A DNA stretch of 64,000 bases, from contig CAVVNQ010000002.1 in the NCBI GenBank assembly GCA_963749705.1, positions 32,001 to 96,000 of the forward strand, given 5' to 3'. The notes under the pieces were generated by a model that worked only from the letters and a program-made list of their open reading frames with translations, had not been told where the DNA came from and searched no databases. Below, one piece after another: positions 61,446 through 64,000 of this stretch. Position numbers and translations under genes: made by a program. Source of the DNA: an uncultured Chloroflexia bacterium (lineage in GTDB: Bacteria > Chloroflexota > Limnocylindria > Limnocylindrales > CSP1-4). Numbering within the stretch: position 1 is the first letter of the stretch; each line of letters starts with the position of its first letter.

Positions 61446-62369
61446 GTGTCGGACCCGCGGCCCATCGGCGTGTTCGATTCCGGTGTCGGCGGCCTGACCG
61501 TCCTGCGCGAGATCGTGCGGCGCTCGCCGCACGAATCGACGATCTACCTGGGTGACAACGCGCGGGCGCCGTACGGGATCCGGAGCGATTCCGAGGTCCG
61601 GGAGTTCTCCATGCAGGCGCTCGACGAGCTCGCCGCCCGCGACGTCAAGGCGCTCGTGGTGGCCTGCAACACCTCCACGGCGGTCGCCCTGCCGGACCTG
61701 CGAGCCCGGTACGACCTGCCGGTCCTGGGCGTGGTCCGGCCCGGCGCCTCGGCGGCCGCGCTCGCCACGCGCAACCGGCGGGTGGGGGTCATCGCGACCC
61801 CGGCGACCGTCCGGTCCCACGCCTATTTCAACGCGATCAAGGACGAGAACCCTGCCGTCGAGGTCTACGAGCACGCGACACCCCGGTTCGTCCCGATGGT
61901 CGAGGCCGGCATGCTCGCCGGCCCCGAGCTCGACGCCGCGGTCCGCGAAAGCCTGGCCCCGCTGCTGGGCGAGCGCGACGGCGCGGGCGAGTTCGTGTTC
62001 CCGCGGCCGCCGTCGGCCAAGATCGACACGCTGCTGCTCGGGTGCACGCACTACCCGCTGCTCCGGACGATGCTCGGCGCTGCCGTCGGCGACGGGGTGG
62101 CGATCGTCGATTCGGCGACCGCCACGGCCTCGTCGCTGGCCGAGCTGCTGTCGGTCAACGGCCTCGAGGCGCCGGGCACGACGCGCGGCACCGCCGCCGA
62201 CCCCGGCGCGGCCGGTCACTCGCGACCCGCCGAGGTGTACGGGGACCCGCCCACGCACGTCCAGCTGACGACCGGTGACGTCGAGCGCTTCCGGGCGATC
62301 GCGTCGCGCATGTTCGGCGATGCGTTCCCCGAGATCGAGACGGTCGTCCTCGCGGGGACCTCCCGATGA
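61446..62369 (+). CDS. murI: Glutamate racemase
   Basis: DSGVGGLTV, PYG, VACNTS, LGCTHYP. Confidence 0.97.
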   Translation: MSDPRPIGVFDSGVGGLTVLREIVRRSPHESTIYLGDNARAPYGIRSDSEVREFSMQALDELAARDVKALVVACNTSTAVALPDLRARYDLPVLGVVRPGASAAALATRNRRVGVIATPATVRSHAYFNAIKDENPAVEVYEHATPRFVPMVEAGMLAGPELDAAVRESLAPLLGERDGAGEFVFPRPPSAKIDTLLLGCTHYPLLRTMLGAAVGDGVAIVDSATATASSLAELLSVNGLEAPGTTRGTAADPGAAGHSRPAEVYGDPPTHVQLTTGDVERFRAIASRMFGDAFPEIETVVLAGTSR

Positions 62370-63604
62370 CGAGCGACGACCGCGGCGAGCAGCGCGCCGG
62401 CAGCGGATCTCCGGATCGACGGCTGTGGCAGGCGGGCTTCCTGGCGGGGTCGGTGATCGGGGCGGCGATCACGGTGGCCGGTCGGCGCGCGGAGCGTACG
62501 GCGCGCGAGGCCGGGCTGGTGGACTGGGAGCGGGTGGAGGCGATCGCCGCCGGCCGCCTGCGCAAGGCGCCGGGTTCGCTGGGCGCCGCGGAGCTGCGCG
62601 CGGTCGAGGGTGCCTACGCCGAGGCGATGGCCAGGGTCGCGCCGGCGCTCGCGACGCACCTCGGGAGCGAGCTGCCGGGCGTGGTCGACCGGGTCGCGGT
62701 CGTCGACCGGGCCGCCTGGGTGCATGCCAACACGGCGGCGTTCGCGGGCCTGATCGGCAAGCTCGAAGGCGATCTGCTCGACCAGCTGCTGCCGCCCGGG
62801 GGCGGGCTGGGCAAGGCGGCGATCGCGCTCGCCAACCGCTGGGTCACGACGCGGCAGCTGGGGCTGCTGCTGGGGTTCATGGGGCAGCGCGTGCTCGGCC
62901 AGTACGACCTGGCGCTGCTGTCGGCCGAGACGACGCCCGGCCGGCTGCTGTTCGTGGAGGAGAACATCCGCCAGACCGCGCGCGTGCTCGACGTCCCGCT
63001 CGCGCCGTTCCGAACGTGGATCGCGCTCCACGAGACCACCCACGCGTTCGAGTTCGAGGCGCACCCCTGGCTGCGACCGTACCTCGCCGAGCGACTCGAG
63101 CGTCAGCTGACCATGTTCTCGCGCGACACGTCGTCGCTCGGTCGGGACGCGCTGTCGGCGATCGGATCGGCCCTGCGCGGCGACGGCCGGCGGGACGACC
63201 AGCACTGGATGGAGCGCCTGATGTCGACGGAGCAGCGGCGCCTGTTCCGCGAGACCCAGGCCGTGATGAGCCTGCTCGAGGGGTTCGGCGACCACGTGAT
63301 GGACGCGGTCGGGCGCGACCTCGTGCCCGGGGTGGAGCGGATCTCCGCACGGTTCCACGGTCGTCGCGCCCAGCGGACGCCGTTCGAGCGCGCCATGCTG
63401 CGGATCACCGGCATGGACCTCAAGATGGAGCAGTACCGCAAGGGCGAGGTGTTCGTCGCCCGCATCGAGCGTCTGGGTGGCGCGGCGGCGATGCGACGAC
63501 TGTGGGACGGCCCGGAGACGCTGCCGACGCCGGAGGAGATCGAGGAACCGGAGGCATGGGTCCGAAGGATGGGCTTTCCCGAGCCTCAGGGCGGGTCATC
63601 GTGA
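62366..63604 (+). CDS. Zinc-dependent metalloprotease (DUF2342/Zincin_2)
   Basis: VLGQYD, ALHETTH (HExxH), MSLLEG..DHVMD, KMEQYRKG. Confidence 0.9.
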   Translation: MTSDDRGEQRAGSGSPDRRLWQAGFLAGSVIGAAITVAGRRAERTAREAGLVDWERVEAIAAGRLRKAPGSLGAAELRAVEGAYAEAMARVAPALATHLGSELPGVVDRVAVVDRAAWVHANTAAFAGLIGKLEGDLLDQLLPPGGGLGKAAIALANRWVTTRQLGLLLGFMGQRVLGQYDLALLSAETTPGRLLFVEENIRQTARVLDVPLAPFRTWIALHETTHAFEFEAHPWLRPYLAERLERQLTMFSRDTSSLGRDALSAIGSALRGDGRRDDQHWMERLMSTEQRRLFRETQAVMSLLEGFGDHVMDAVGRDLVPGVERISARFHGRRAQRTPFERAMLRITGMDLKMEQYRKGEVFVARIERLGGAAAMRRLWDGPETLPTPEEIEEPEAWVRRMGFPEPQGGSS

Positions 63605-64000
63605 CGGCGCGATCCGGAGATCGCCCGGGGCCCGGCGCCGGGCCGCGCGGGATCCCGCCGGCGATCGCGCTCACGCCGATCTTCGCCGCGCGGTACCGCC
63701 CGGGCGACCTCGACGCCATCCGCGCGGCGGCACCCGGGGCGCGGCTGGTCACGATCGGCTTCGACGGCCATCCCGATGGCCCGCTCGATGACGTCGAGGT
63801 CATGCTCCGTGGCCGGCTGCCTGCCGACACCTTCGATCGGATCCTCGCCCGCGCTCCGGCACTGCGCTGGGTCCACTCGGCGTCCGCGGGCGTGGAGCGG
63901 GTGCTCACCCCGGCCAGCCGCGAGCGAGGGCTGACGATCACCAACGCGCGCGGCGTGTTCTCGCGTCCGATCGCCGAGTACGTGCTGCTGATGATCCTCG
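63601..64000 (+). CDS. D-2-hydroxyacid dehydrogenase (3' end runs off the window)
   Basis: Manual translation from GTG 63601: ...LRWVHSASAGVE...ITNARGVFSRPIAEYVL. Confidence 0.85.
   Translation, partial: MTARSGDRPGPGAGPRGIPPAIALTPIFAARYRPGDLDAIRAAAPGARLVTIGFDGHPDGPLDDVEVMLRGRLPADTFDRILARAPALRWVHSASAGVERVLTPASRERGLTITNARGVFSRPIAEYVLLMIL

Overview
Very GC-rich bacterial chromosome segment, mostly housekeeping genes. The gene content and order suggest a monoderm, probably Chloroflexota (Limnocylindria/Ellin6529-like); this is inference, not a database result. In order: a partial amidohydrolase; tig-clpP-clpX; an XRE-HTH/PD-(D/E)xK-like fusion; an actinobacterial-type qcrCAB-ctaC-ctaD-ctaF respiratory operon with no subunit III gene; T-box-controlled valS; a LacI-regulated alpha-glucoside ABC transporter plus GH13 amylosucrase; several zinc-ribbon hypotheticals; fhaA-fhaB-rodA-pbpA; moxR-DUF58-transglutaminase; a serine biosynthesis operon; vapBC; murJ; a Pro/Thr-stalk surface protein coupled to a membrane GAF-GGDEF-EAL protein; tetR; rarA; a UvrD-RecB-nuclease fusion next to a beta-class DNA MTase; agmatinase; a CpaE-like regulator; murI. 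I saw no rRNA, tRNA, CRISPR array, integrase or transposase. Best candidates for undescribed biology: (1) the surface protein + c-di-GMP enzyme pair at 44108-48102; (2) a five-fold 19-20 bp periodic motif array in front of the respiratory operon; (3) the HTH-nuclease module with upstream hairpins; (4) the helicase-nuclease/MTase pair.
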